In this document: piece by piece, positions 44,042-53,336 of the stretch
Layout of the letters: each line of letters opens with the position of its first letter
Numbering within the stretch: the first letter of the stretch is position 1
Source of the DNA: a phage
Strand: one strand, 5' to 3'
Assembly: GCA_024672275.1 (NCBI GenBank)
Contig: GCA_024672275.1_4536.1
Length of the DNA stretch: 64,000 bases
Translations under genes and position numbers: made by a program
The notes under the pieces: model-generated
What the model was told of the DNA's origin: nothing
The model's input: the letters and a program-made list of their open reading frames with translations, nothing else
Databases searched by the model: none

Positions 44042-44929
44042 TCAGAACGGAATATCATCGTCGAAGTCCATTGGAGGTTCTTCTTGATTACTTGGAGTTG
44101 GTTCTGGTTGTGGTTCAGGCTTCTTAACTTCTTTCTTCTCTTCTTTCTTAGGTTGTTCTGCTGAACCACGAATGGCAGCAGCAACTTTATCAGACAGGGC
44201 CAGAACTTTACGAGCAGAATCAATCAGATCTTCTACAGATACAGTCTTAATGGTATGGTCTTTACAAGCATTGAGGATAGCGTGACCAACAGATGCCCCA
44301 AGATCATAATCATTAATATCAACGCCACGAGATTCAGCAATTTCCGATTTCAGTGTGACAGTTGCAGATTGAACAACCCCAGCGATATCGAAAGCATCGC
44401 CTTTAACACCATTACGAATCAGTTCCAGTGCACCATTTACTGCGTGACCAGTTTCCAGACCTACAGTATCACGTTTTTTATAGGACTGCTTAGGAGCAGC
44501 ATCGTTGGAACCTTTATTGCCAGAAGATTTGTTAGACTTCTGAACACCATCGGTAGACAATACTGTAATACGAGATTTTTTAGTATTGTAGTAAGTTTTA
44601 CCGCCTTTATTATCAACGCGATCAATATCAATACTTACTTCTACACCTTTTTCAATAGTGATCCAATTATCACCTTCTTTGACTTGCAGGTTTTCATAAC
44701 CTTCTTTCAGTTCAATATCACCAAGAGAAATCCAAACACCTTTCTCATCTGGTTTAGCACCTTTCTCTTTCAGAACAAGAGAAGCTCGGTGAGTTGAAAC
44801 AATCGTTTTTCCTTCCCAATGAAAAGTTTTAGGTTCGGCGAATTTATCCAGTTTAACGTAGTCTACGATACCAGTTGCATAAGTTACGGTTTTGCCTTTA
44901 CGATCAGTTTCAGTATTAATTACGGACAT
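44042..44929 (-). CDS. putative single-stranded DNA-binding protein with host-type SSB C-terminal tail
   Basis: 295 aa; last 11 residues PPMDFDDDIPF identical to the E. coli SSB C-terminus; Pro/Glu/Lys-rich linker before the tip. Confidence 0.55.
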   Translation of the reverse strand: MSVINTETDRKGKTVTYATGIVDYVKLDKFAEPKTFHWEGKTIVSTHRASLVLKEKGAKPDEKGVWISLGDIELKEGYENLQVKEGDNWITIEKGVEVSIDIDRVDNKGGKTYYNTKKSRITVLSTDGVQKSNKSSGNKGSNDAAPKQSYKKRDTVGLETGHAVNGALELIRNGVKGDAFDIAGVVQSATVTLKSEIAESRGVDINDYDLGASVGHAILNACKDHTIKTVSVEDLIDSARKVLALSDKVAAAIRGSAEQPKKEEKKEVKKPEPQPEPTPSNQEEPPMDFDDDIPF

Positions 44930-44945
44930 TATTATCTCCTCTACA

Positions 44946-45338
44946 TTACATTAATTTTGCACAGAAAGAGCGGAGTCTTTCCATATCATCTTGCTCTAAC
45001 AGGTATTTACCTTTACCTATTCCAACTCCAATTTCACCATTAGGAAAATGAACTATTTGCACTGGAAAACCTCCGAGTTTAATTGTGGCAGCTTTGCCTT
45101 CTTCGTCTATAACGTTTCGGATTGTATCTTGCAGTGAAATGAATTCTTTGTTTGTAATAGTGGTTTCAATTATTTCAGATGTTTCAACACGAGCAGTTAG
45201 CTTCTTGTTTCCACCTTGAATAACCAAAATTTGAAAATAAAAAGAGTTGTCAAGACCTACAACATTTTTCTCAACTAGTGTCAAACTGGTATAGTTTCCA
45301 TAAACAGTTTCAACAGCTATCTTAGAACGTTCAGTCAT
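44946..45338 (-). CDS. hypothetical protein (130 aa)
   Basis: ORF with RBS in replication block. Confidence 0.45.
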   Translation of the reverse strand: MTERSKIAVETVYGNYTSLTLVEKNVVGLDNSFYFQILVIQGGNKKLTARVETSEIIETTITNKEFISLQDTIRNVIDEEGKAATIKLGGFPVQIVHFPNGEIGVGIGKGKYLLEQDDMERLRSFCAKLM

Positions 45339-45383
45339 TGAATGCTATCCTATCATAAAATGTTTAATATTGTCAAGCTTTAA

Positions 45384-45977
45384 TTACCAAGGAATATCAT
45401 CTTCTTCCAATCTGGTATCTACTTGAGGTGGACGTGGAACCTTAACCTCTTTCACAAAACGAAGATATGGGAAACGTGTAGCAATTTTAATAACATGTTT
45501 GGCATCTTCTCTAACATCTTTGTGCAAGAAGCAGATCCCTGTTTCCAAGGTTGTTTCAAAATCTTTAGAATAATAACAGTCCTTCCCATCAAATGCAGCC
45601 TGGCAGATGGACAGATCGAACTCATTTAGAAAGGTTGTCATTACGCTTGGTTCCATAATCATAAGGTTGCAAAGCTGACCATCACGTTCAAACTCAAAAA
45701 CGTGTTTAAGACCAGTAACACCTTCATAATTGTCAGAAGCCTCTTTGTTTCCTAGTTTACGAATATTGGTTCCCATTAAAGCAGATGCAATTAATCCTTG
45801 TATTTGTTCTTCAGTCCGATGTGCAGGAAGGGATGTATAGAAATCCAGATCACGTCCAGCAATATCAAGAATACGCCAATCACGAACAGCACCGCCAGCC
45901 AAGACAGAATTAGGATCAGCGATCTTTAATACGGTAAGAATTTCTTTGGCAATATTGATTTGTTTTGATTTAGTCAT
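45384..45977 (-). CDS. hypothetical protein ending in SSB-tip-like EEDDIPW
   Basis: 197 aa; C-terminal ...DTRLEEDDIPW resembles the acidic SSB tip. Confidence 0.45.
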   Translation of the reverse strand: MTKSKQINIAKEILTVLKIADPNSVLAGGAVRDWRILDIAGRDLDFYTSLPAHRTEEQIQGLIASALMGTNIRKLGNKEASDNYEGVTGLKHVFEFERDGQLCNLMIMEPSVMTTFLNEFDLSICQAAFDGKDCYYSKDFETTLETGICFLHKDVREDAKHVIKIATRFPYLRFVKEVKVPRPPQVDTRLEEDDIPW

Positions 45978-46188
45978 TGATACGCTCCACAGTTACTTTT
46001 ACAACATCGTCCATATTAATCTCATCCCCCAAGACCTCAATAACACCTTCCTCATAAAGTCGAGCACATTCTTCCCACACTTCAGCTTCCGTCATTCCAC
46101 CTGCAATCTTATTTGCAAGACCTTTAATAACATCTTCATTTTGTTCATCAACAAGAATTGAAACATTAAAGCTCACTAATTTACGCAT
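45970..46188 (-). CDS. hypothetical small acidic protein (72 aa)
   Basis: ATG with GGAGAA RBS; overlaps upstream gene by 8 nt. Confidence 0.45.
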   Translation of the reverse strand: MRKLVSFNVSILVDEQNEDVIKGLANKIAGGMTEAEVWEECARLYEEGVIEVLGDEINMDDVVKVTVERIND

Positions 46189-46198
46189 TGTTTTCTCC

Positions 46199-46366
46199 TT
46201 ATACTTCTAAACGGAAAGTTTCTTTAGATACAAAATCGTATCCACCTTTTTCAAGCCAGTCATTGTAAACCTCATCGGCTTGAGACTCTATCATAAAATA
46301 CCGAGTGGTAATTTCGTCTCCGACAATACGCACAATTTTATAGCAAATCATGATACCATTTCCCAT
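46199..46366 (-). CDS. hypothetical small protein (55 aa)
   Basis: ATG 46366..46364 with GGAGGAAG upstream; TAATG overlap with upstream stop; below ORF-track cutoff. Confidence 0.4.
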   Translation of the reverse strand: MGNGIMICYKIVRIVGDEITTRYFMIESQADEVYNDWLEKGGYDFVSKETFRLEV

Positions 46367-46557
46367 TAATCTTCCTCCAGATCAATTTCATTATAACAAT
46401 GTATGCAGAAACCATCATTGTGCATATGTTGTTCATAAGACATATCTTTACCACAAGACCAACAACGGATATCCCCATCATCCCATTCACGTTCTTCTCC
46501 ACCTTCAAATTCATCTGGTAGATAAGGCATACCAAAACAATCTAAATCGTAACTCAT
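46366..46557 (-). CDS. small zinc-ribbon protein (63 aa)
   Basis: internal ATG 46557 with GGAGA RBS (ORF-track start 46662 would overlap polymerase); CWSCG ... CIHC cysteine pairs. Confidence 0.45.
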   Translation of the reverse strand: MSYDLDCFGMPYLPDEFEGGEEREWDDGDIRCWSCGKDMSYEQHMHNDGFCIHCYNEIDLEED

Positions 46558-46570
46558 ATCTTCTCCTATA

Positions 46571-46588
46571 AAGGGGCAGAAGCCCCTT
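46571..46588 (-). terminator. terminator-like hairpin downstream of DNA polymerase
   Basis: aaggggc-ttct-gcccctt hairpin; weak U-tract. Confidence 0.35.
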
Positions 46589-46606
46589 ATAAAACAATAC
46601 GTTAGA

Positions 46607-49600
46607 TCAGTGACAACTGGCCCAGGAATTCCCCACGTCATATCCAGCAGTAAGCTGAACATTAAGATTGTAAAATTCTCCAGCCTTAGTAACAGCTAAA
46701 GCAGCAAGTTCACCTGCCCGACTATAAGCTGTAAACCATCCACCTTTGGGAGATTCATGAATGTTAGCCCAAATTTGCCCTGTCTCTTTTTCCTTATTAT
46801 GCTTCCATTCTTCAACTTTAGCAAGGCATTCTTTATCAATTTTCTTTTGTTCTTCAGGATCGTCTACTTTCTTCCAACCTAATGATTCAGGTGAAAACCA
46901 TTTGAATTCTACGAGGTTACGAGAAACTTCAAGCTGGGCTTCATCGTGATATGCAATCATTTGTTGCACGAAGTCTTTATTCTTCCAGTCATCTTTAAAG
47001 AAGTCAACACTTAATCCTTCTTCTTCGATCATATCGTCATAAATAACCATTGCACGTTTAGCACAGATAACCCCACCGCTTTGGAACAGAGAGTTAAGAA
47101 TCGCGTGAGCAGAACGAGTAGGAACCTTACGACCGTCAATACCCAAAACATATTGTTTACCAGTCTTAACCCAGAAATCGTTTAAACGTTCTTTAAGACG
47201 CGCCAATGGGAATGCAGCTTCCCAGAAAGCATCGAACACCAATTGACCTGTAAACTTATCGCTACCAATTGTTTTAGCAACCTTGTCGGCTTGTGCACCA
47301 TAGGTAATACCATACTTAACAGATTTAGCAGGACTACGTTCAAATTTACGTCCAATAGTTTCAGTGATACGTTTTGCCATCATTGTGTGAACATCATTAG
47401 GTTTCTCTAACAACAGAGCGTTACAATATTCGTGTGGCTCCGGCTCGTACCGCCAACAGTTTCCTGTGATGGTAATGCAGTCTTTCTGACGCATGACCCA
47501 CGTACCAAGTTCTGTTTGTGGACACCAAACATCCTCTACACCCCACTCTTCAATAGTCAAACTTTGAACAGGAATGTGAGAGCGGTTAGTCAATGTTGCC
47601 ACTTTTACTTTCTGCTCTTTTGTATTGAAAGCTACAGAGATATTGCCTCCATGCACCAGGTACGAGGCAGTTAAAGCTGCTTCAAAAAGTTCACCTGGGT
47701 TCTGCGCCCAACGCCAAACAGGTTTTTGTTTATGTTCGTGCCAGTAACCATCTGCAATCAAGAAACCTTCCAAGAAAGCTACACGCTCGGCATGAGACAT
47801 ATTAACTACACGTTCTACCCACGGAACATCCCATTTACCTTGTTGAACATAAGTTAAACTATTTACCTGATCTTGTTCCATGTTAAATGGAGCATTACAA
47901 ATAATGTTATCTCCTGTGCAAAGCTCGGCAGTTGTTCTGACTTTAGGCACATAAGTATTCCCTTTACTACGGGTATTAACATACCAACGGTGATCTGCTG
48001 TTGCACGGTAAGTGTGTGATTTCCCTTTAATCTCAAACGTCTTACTATTTTTATAGAAGACCTTACCTTTTACTTTAGTCCATTCTTTCAGACCTGTTTC
48101 AGCATTGTACCCTAAAATCTCATCCCCTTCCTTCAGGTCGTGATATCCTACCCAACCTTTACGAGTCAAAGCTTGAGCATCCATCGGCACACAGTAGTGT
48201 GATTCAATTTTTGCTTCCAAAGAGTCGAAGTCGTAGCCAATCTGGAAGTATTTAGGAACCTCTACACCAAACAAGTTACGCATCTCCCATCCAAACAAAG
48301 ATGTGACACGAGGAATATTAGCTACAGATCTGTGCTTCATACGAGAAGTTGCAGCATCACATGTAGCGGCTGGGGTAGGAATACGACCATCTGCCCTTAC
48401 TGCGGCTAAGAAACCTTTATCGTATTCTTGATCTTCCTCATCTTCTTCCCAATCAGCACCACCACCTAAAATAGAGTTCCTACGATGTTTATACGTTAAG
48501 TATTCTACAATCTGCGTAGCATAAGGGAATTTCTCACCCAAAGCTTGCAGGTTAGGACAAATTTCTTTTTCCTGACCTTTGGTAAAACATGGGTTAGTCA
48601 ATACTTTAAGACCGCGACCTTTACCTTTTGCTATACGCTCTTGAATCTTCCTTTCCAAAGTTTCCGGTGTGCACTCCAGATGATCACAACGATCCTGACA
48701 AAAATTAGAAGATAGAGTTTGCTCAACGTAAGCTCTAATACCTTTCTGAAGTTCTTCCTCGCTCTTTTTAATTTTGGTGCCAGATTTAAGCGTCAAGTCT
48801 TTATCTTTATATTCAGACGGTACCCAACCTAATCCTACAAGCCAGTTTTTAATATGGGTTGTATCGTTCAATGTTGCAGGAATGTTAGGATCACATAGAG
48901 GCTCATCTGCTGCAACTGGCAGTTTCCACTCTTTCCCCAACATAACTAACCACCAATCGCCATCCCTCTCTTCCAAATGACCATCATGTTTCTTAGCAAA
49001 ATTGATCATATGGTTAGTTGGCTCTAAGTTCTTTTTAATTTGCAACTTAGGTGGAATAAAAGCCTTAAGATAACCTTTTGTTGCTGGTTTAGGTGGCAAA
49101 ATAGGCTCAACGAGTAAACGAAGACGCTCCATTTCTGCATCCAAAAAAGCAAGGTTCTCTTCTGCTTGTTTCATGTTAAAAGCAAACCCACGGTGTTCCT
49201 GGCGTGTAATAATGTCTGCTACACGTTGTTCAAGTTCAAATGGACCTTCCCATTTATCATAATCACCCCATTCTTCCATAAGGTAATTATATACGCTCGT
49301 ATTGGCTTTGTTGTCATAGATACAGTAATAAAGCATATCCGCAGCAAAAGTCTTAAATCGATCTTCTTCTGGAATCTCTTTACGGAAATCTATTTTTACA
49401 TCACCACCTGCTTTTCGAGAAAGTGCTGCCAAGCTATGTCCTGATTTGCCCTCAATCTTTCGATCTGGGTTTAACACTTTACTCAAAATCAAGGAGTCAA
49501 TAAGTTTTACCTTATTTTTGCCCCACGTATTATATTTAACACTGTAATCTAATCCATAAAACAGTTTTGTAGCCAACCAGTCGTAGTTGATACCGTTGTG

Positions 49601-49939
49601 AGCCACAGCCATTTCAACTAGATATTCAGGCTTGTCTTTAAAATAACCTTCATGATTAATAAAATCTGGGAAATCTTTTAGTTGAAAATGTGTGTAATCT
49701 TGCGCCACATACTCTTTAAGAACATATGTGTATTTACCATCTGACTCTTCGTAAGGACGCCCATCAAAGATGTATTTAGGGCCATCGTGGAAAGCTACTA
49801 TTTCTCCTGTTTCATGGTTCTCTAAGACAATACAGTGCATTTGAAATGTGTCTTTGAGACGATAAGGACTAGCTAAATAATCAATAGTGTCATTATTCAA
49901 CAATCCGTTTGCTTCAATATCCCATGTAAACTTACTCAC
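46607..49939 (-). CDS. DNA polymerase, family A with N-terminal 3'-5' exonuclease, interrupted by an intein
   Basis: 1110 aa; exo motif DIEANGL; motif A-like DFDSLEAKIESHY split from downstream extein; motif B RSPAKSVKYGITYG (compare Klenow RRSAKAINFGLIYG). Confidence 0.85.
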   Translation of the reverse strand: MSKFTWDIEANGLLNNDTIDYLASPYRLKDTFQMHCIVLENHETGEIVAFHDGPKYIFDGRPYEESDGKYTYVLKEYVAQDYTHFQLKDFPDFINHEGYFKDKPEYLVEMAVAHNGINYDWLATKLFYGLDYSVKYNTWGKNKVKLIDSLILSKVLNPDRKIEGKSGHSLAALSRKAGGDVKIDFRKEIPEEDRFKTFAADMLYYCIYDNKANTSVYNYLMEEWGDYDKWEGPFELEQRVADIITRQEHRGFAFNMKQAEENLAFLDAEMERLRLLVEPILPPKPATKGYLKAFIPPKLQIKKNLEPTNHMINFAKKHDGHLEERDGDWWLVMLGKEWKLPVAADEPLCDPNIPATLNDTTHIKNWLVGLGWVPSEYKDKDLTLKSGTKIKKSEEELQKGIRAYVEQTLSSNFCQDRCDHLECTPETLERKIQERIAKGKGRGLKVLTNPCFTKGQEKEICPNLQALGEKFPYATQIVEYLTYKHRRNSILGGGADWEEDEEDQEYDKGFLAAVRADGRIPTPAATCDAATSRMKHRSVANIPRVTSLFGWEMRNLFGVEVPKYFQIGYDFDSLEAKIESHYCVPMDAQALTRKGWVGYHDLKEGDEILGYNAETGLKEWTKVKGKVFYKNSKTFEIKGKSHTYRATADHRWYVNTRSKGNTYVPKVRTTAELCTGDNIICNAPFNMEQDQVNSLTYVQQGKWDVPWVERVVNMSHAERVAFLEGFLIADGYWHEHKQKPVWRWAQNPGELFEAALTASYLVHGGNISVAFNTKEQKVKVATLTNRSHIPVQSLTIEEWGVEDVWCPQTELGTWVMRQKDCITITGNCWRYEPEPHEYCNALLLEKPNDVHTMMAKRITETIGRKFERSPAKSVKYGITYGAQADKVAKTIGSDKFTGQLVFDAFWEAAFPLARLKERLNDFWVKTGKQYVLGIDGRKVPTRSAHAILNSLFQSGGVICAKRAMVIYDDMIEEEGLSVDFFKDDWKNKDFVQQMIAYHDEAQLEVSRNLVEFKWFSPESLGWKKVDDPEEQKKIDKECLAKVEEWKHNKEKETGQIWANIHESPKGGWFTAYSRAGELAALAVTKAGEFYNLNVQLTAGYDVGNSWASCH
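47459..48193 (-). mobile_element. intein (245 aa) with LAGLIDADG homing-endonuclease motif, inserted just after polymerase motif A
   Basis: starts Cys583 (CVPMDAQALTRKGW), TxxH block (TADH), LEGFLIADGYWHEH, ends ...DCITITGN followed by Cys(+1). Confidence 0.7.
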
Positions 49940-50733
49940 TATTCCTCCTTTCTAATGTTCTCCAGAACCCACTGAAGTTCTTTTAAACTTAAACTTCTTA
50001 CTCCCGCAGTTTTACTAGCTTCAGCTTTAAGTAACGGGTAAGCCTCAATGATACGCGTTTTAAGATCAGAAGTCAAGGCTTTTAAAAAATAGGTAGATGC
50101 TTCAGATAAAGAATCTTCTTCTGATAACACTTTACCTGCACTTGCTCCCGCTCTCCTAACGACTATATCGTAGTCTTTACTGTTACCTAATACGAATAGT
50201 CGATTCTCTCCTAAAACAACGGGAGAACGCTTCTCGTTGCGTTTAATCCATACCTGGAATACACAAGGAACATCCCAAGGTTCTCCATGAAGAATAAAAG
50301 ATCCTTTTGGACATTCTTCTTCGTAAAGAAGATGCATATGGGGATTTAGCTTGTGTGCAAAAAAGATTTTTTGAAATGTGCGAGGCAAGATAAAACAAAT
50401 ACCACCTTCGTTATCCAGCATTTCAGCACAATGGTTAAAGAATTTAATGGCAAGACTAGCATTTTTTCCAAATGGAGGATTACCGACAAAAGCAGTTACA
50501 CTACCAACAGACTCAACAGATTGAGCTAAAAAATCTGCCTCAATACAATCTTCAAACTTAGGGTCAATATCAAAAGAAGTTATGTTTTTAAAACAAGAAG
50601 AGAAAGCTCCTTCTCCCGCAGATGGTTCTACGTAGTTAGCTTCCTCTCCAAAAATTTCTTTGATCTTATCACATAAGAACCCCGCATAAGCGGGGTTAGT
50701 GTAATATTGATCAAGTGTGTTCAACTTGCTCAA
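49939..50733 (-). CDS. DNA N6-adenine methyltransferase
   Basis: 264 aa; motif I-like VEPSAGEGAF and catalytic NPPF (DPPY-class) in FVGNPPFGKN; stop overlaps polymerase start. Confidence 0.6.
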   Translation of the reverse strand: MSKLNTLDQYYTNPAYAGFLCDKIKEIFGEEANYVEPSAGEGAFSSCFKNITSFDIDPKFEDCIEADFLAQSVESVGSVTAFVGNPPFGKNASLAIKFFNHCAEMLDNEGGICFILPRTFQKIFFAHKLNPHMHLLYEEECPKGSFILHGEPWDVPCVFQVWIKRNEKRSPVVLGENRLFVLGNSKDYDIVVRRAGASAGKVLSEEDSLSEASTYFLKALTSDLKTRIIEAYPLLKAEASKTAGVRSLSLKELQWVLENIRKEE

Positions 50734-50742
50734 TAGTCCTCC

Positions 50743-51174
50743 TTAGTTGTTAGCGAACTCAATAGTGAGGTCAACTTTACCATCATCAGAAATAACCATG
50801 TTTTTAGTATTTTTAAAGATGATATCTACTTTACCTTCACTTACACGACAGAATGCAACACCATCTGCAACTTTATCGATATAATATTTGTAAGAAAGAA
50901 TACCCACTTTACTACGACCAGCACCTTTTGTGAAAGAAGGGCTTACATCGAAACGGAAACCTTTAGAAGAAACAACACGGTAAGAACGTCCAGTTGGGAT
51001 ATGTTCAATAACAGAAACATTGTTCTCAACAACTTTTACAGCAAACTCTTCAGGATGATCCTCAACAATCATATGTGGGATGGCAAATGCCAACGCTTGT
51101 TTGTGTTTAATAACACCAGCACCCAGAGCACCAGCAGCTTTAACTTTTGCATTCAGATCGATTGTCATACGCAT
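50743..51174 (-). CDS. hypothetical protein (143 aa)
   Basis: ATG 51174 with AGAGGAGAA RBS and its own promoter. Confidence 0.5.
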   Translation of the reverse strand: MRMTIDLNAKVKAAGALGAGVIKHKQALAFAIPHMIVEDHPEEFAVKVVENNVSVIEHIPTGRSYRVVSSKGFRFDVSPSFTKGAGRSKVGILSYKYYIDKVADGVAFCRVSEGKVDIIFKNTKNMVISDDGKVDLTIEFANN

Positions 51175-51207
51175 TTTTACTTCTCCTCTTGTTTGGTTGA
51201 TGAGACA

Positions 51208-51236
51208 AGTATAAGTCCCTTCCGCAAAGTTGTCAA
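51208..51236 (-). promoter_or_regulatory. sigma70-like promoter (minus strand)
   Basis: minus-strand ttgaca (51236..51231), 17-nt spacer, tatact (51213..51208). Confidence 0.6.
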
Positions 51237-51248
51237 CAGGTATTTTTA

Positions 51249-51268
51249 ATAAAAGGGCCGAAGCCCTT
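51249..51268 (-). terminator. rho-independent terminator after primase-helicase
   Basis: minus-strand aagggc-ttcg-gccctt hairpin followed by T-rich run; overlaps stop codon. Confidence 0.6.
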
Positions 51269-53045
51269 AATAGTTGCTATCCGTAGGCAAATTAGCAGGA
51301 TTGTTGAAATACTGCTCTTTGTCATGCAGAGTTGCAGTTCTAATATCATAGTAAAACTGCCCTGCTGGACCAGTTTCCGAGAACTCACGGTTTTTTAGGA
51401 TAAAGCAATGAGTCGTATTGCGTTCTACAGGGTCTTCAGCGGCTTTATCTCGTTCCAAAGCCAAGGTAATACCAGCACCTTTAGCCAAGAAACTACTACC
51501 CATTGCATCGTCCTCTGTTAAGTGTTCATTGCCACCATTAGCCGACTTCTTAACGTGTGAGATGACGATAATGGTTATAGCATACTCTTTCATGATGCGC
51601 TTCAACCATGTTGCTAACTCTTCCTGGGCTTGAACATCCATACCAGAAAGCAAATCAGAATAAGGGTCGATAACAAGAATTGTTACTCCAAAATAGATGA
51701 TCATCTCCAAAACTTTTTCTTTGATAGACTCCACATCTGCTCCACGATCATCACACACATAAAAACGTGGTGATCCATCTTCTCTTTCGTAAAAATCTAG
51801 GATTTTTTCTTTATTCTCTTCCAAGATTTGAAATTTCTCTTCCGGTGTTTTCCTGTGTAGAGGAATATGCAGGAACGAGGACAACAGGTTACGAGAATAT
51901 TTCTTATAAGTTGCTTCCAAGGACAGAATGCCTAGGGTATGTTCTGGGTGCGCAACAATAATATGTTTGGTGATCTCGTTCACCATCAAAGTTTTACCGA
52001 TACTGGTCTTTGCCAGGATGACGGTAATCTCTTCCTCTACTAAACCACCACCCAGCATGTTTGCAGCTACACGCATAAAAGGAGGCAAGGTAATCATCTT
52101 GGATTCCAAGCATTCTAATGCAGCTTCATACAAGACATTAGAAGCATAAACACCTGCTGGGGTATATAGACGAGCACTCCAAAAAGCTTTTACGAAATCT
52201 TTTGCACGACCTTCTTCCAGATACTGATTGGCATCCTTAAGATCCATCTGCATACGGTAGACTTTGTTACGAGGCAGCACCTTAACAATATTTTCAAATG
52301 CCTCATTACCTGCTTTGTCATTATCCATGCAAACAATAATCTTCTTAAATTTTTCAAAGAAAGGATATTGTGCCTGAACTTGTTTATACATACTGGTTTC
52401 ACCAGTTGTGCCACTAACTACTGCTGGAAGTTCATATTTGTTGTCCAAGTTTTCAGACAGCATTTGATAAGCTGCCAGAGCATCGTGTTCACCACCTGTA
52501 ATTACCACAGTATGAGAACGGTCTGCAAAACGAATTTGTCCAAAAAGATCTACATCTTTACCTACTTGACCAATAGGTTTACTGAAATCTTTAGGATGGA
52601 TACGACGCTTAAAACCAACCAATTCTTTACCGATGGTAGTTGGATATAAACAACTTTCTACTACCATCTGATCCCCTTCCTGACGGTATTCATAACGAAC
52701 ACCATAGAAAGATGAAACTTTTTCTTTAATGCCTCGATAACCACGTGGGTTGGTTGATGTTTCTTGAACAATTTTACGATGAATCTGTTTATTAAATTCC
52801 GAACCCACAATCTCCTCCTCTTCTTCTAAAACTTCACCATTTTCTCGTAACCATTCTACGCTAGGAATAGTGTATTCACACGCAAAGCACTTAGCACCTT
52901 TATGCTCTCCATTAGAATCTAATCCATAAACCATCAGGTTATTACGAGAGCGATCCTTGCCATTTTTCATGCAGCGCGGACAACCTGTATGCCCTTCCTT
53001 GCTAAGATCAACATCAAATCCATATTTAGTTATAATGTGCGACAC
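51267..53045 (-). CDS. bifunctional DNA primase-helicase (T7 gp4-like)
   Basis: 592 aa; N-terminal zinc-binding CPRC...CFAC, TOPRIM-like VVITGGEHDALAAY, C-terminal helicase Walker A (AKTSIGKT) and Walker B-like motif. Confidence 0.8.
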   Translation of the reverse strand: MSHIITKYGFDVDLSKEGHTGCPRCMKNGKDRSRNNLMVYGLDSNGEHKGAKCFACEYTIPSVEWLRENGEVLEEEEEIVGSEFNKQIHRKIVQETSTNPRGYRGIKEKVSSFYGVRYEYRQEGDQMVVESCLYPTTIGKELVGFKRRIHPKDFSKPIGQVGKDVDLFGQIRFADRSHTVVITGGEHDALAAYQMLSENLDNKYELPAVVSGTTGETSMYKQVQAQYPFFEKFKKIIVCMDNDKAGNEAFENIVKVLPRNKVYRMQMDLKDANQYLEEGRAKDFVKAFWSARLYTPAGVYASNVLYEAALECLESKMITLPPFMRVAANMLGGGLVEEEITVILAKTSIGKTLMVNEITKHIIVAHPEHTLGILSLEATYKKYSRNLLSSFLHIPLHRKTPEEKFQILEENKEKILDFYEREDGSPRFYVCDDRGADVESIKEKVLEMIIYFGVTILVIDPYSDLLSGMDVQAQEELATWLKRIMKEYAITIIVISHVKKSANGGNEHLTEDDAMGSSFLAKGAGITLALERDKAAEDPVERNTTHCFILKNREFSETGPAGQFYYDIRTATLHDKEQYFNNPANLPTDSNY

Positions 53046-53057
53046 TTTGTTCTCCTG

Positions 53058-53336
53058 TTAAAATGGTTCGTTAGTCTCCATCATATATTCTGCTTCTAGT
53101 TCTTCCATATGCTTTCTAAATTGGAAAGCAATTTCTGCTACAGTTACATTTAAATCTTTTTCAAAAACTTCTGTAGAGCCTTCATAAAAACGAATACCGT
53201 CAATTAAAAGCCCTCCGTGGTAATCCCAATCACTTTCACGAGAAAGCGGGTTAGGCTCTTCATAATAGTAATCCACCTCCACAACTAAGGCTTTCCCGTT
53301 ACGAGTGGTGTATTCAAAATCAAAAGTGTTAATCAT
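53058..53336 (-). CDS. hypothetical protein (92 aa)
   Basis: ORF with ATGA-type overlap to upstream gene. Confidence 0.45.
   Translation of the reverse strand: MINTFDFEYTTRNGKALVVEVDYYYEEPNPLSRESDWDYHGGLLIDGIRFYEGSTEVFEKDLNVTVAEIAFQFRKHMEELEAEYMMETNEPF

Noticed and set aside
44255-44797. 180-aa plus-strand ORF antisense to the SSB-like gene
   Set aside because: Embedded in the SSB gene on the opposite strand, Phe/Ile-rich low-complexity product, no RBS.
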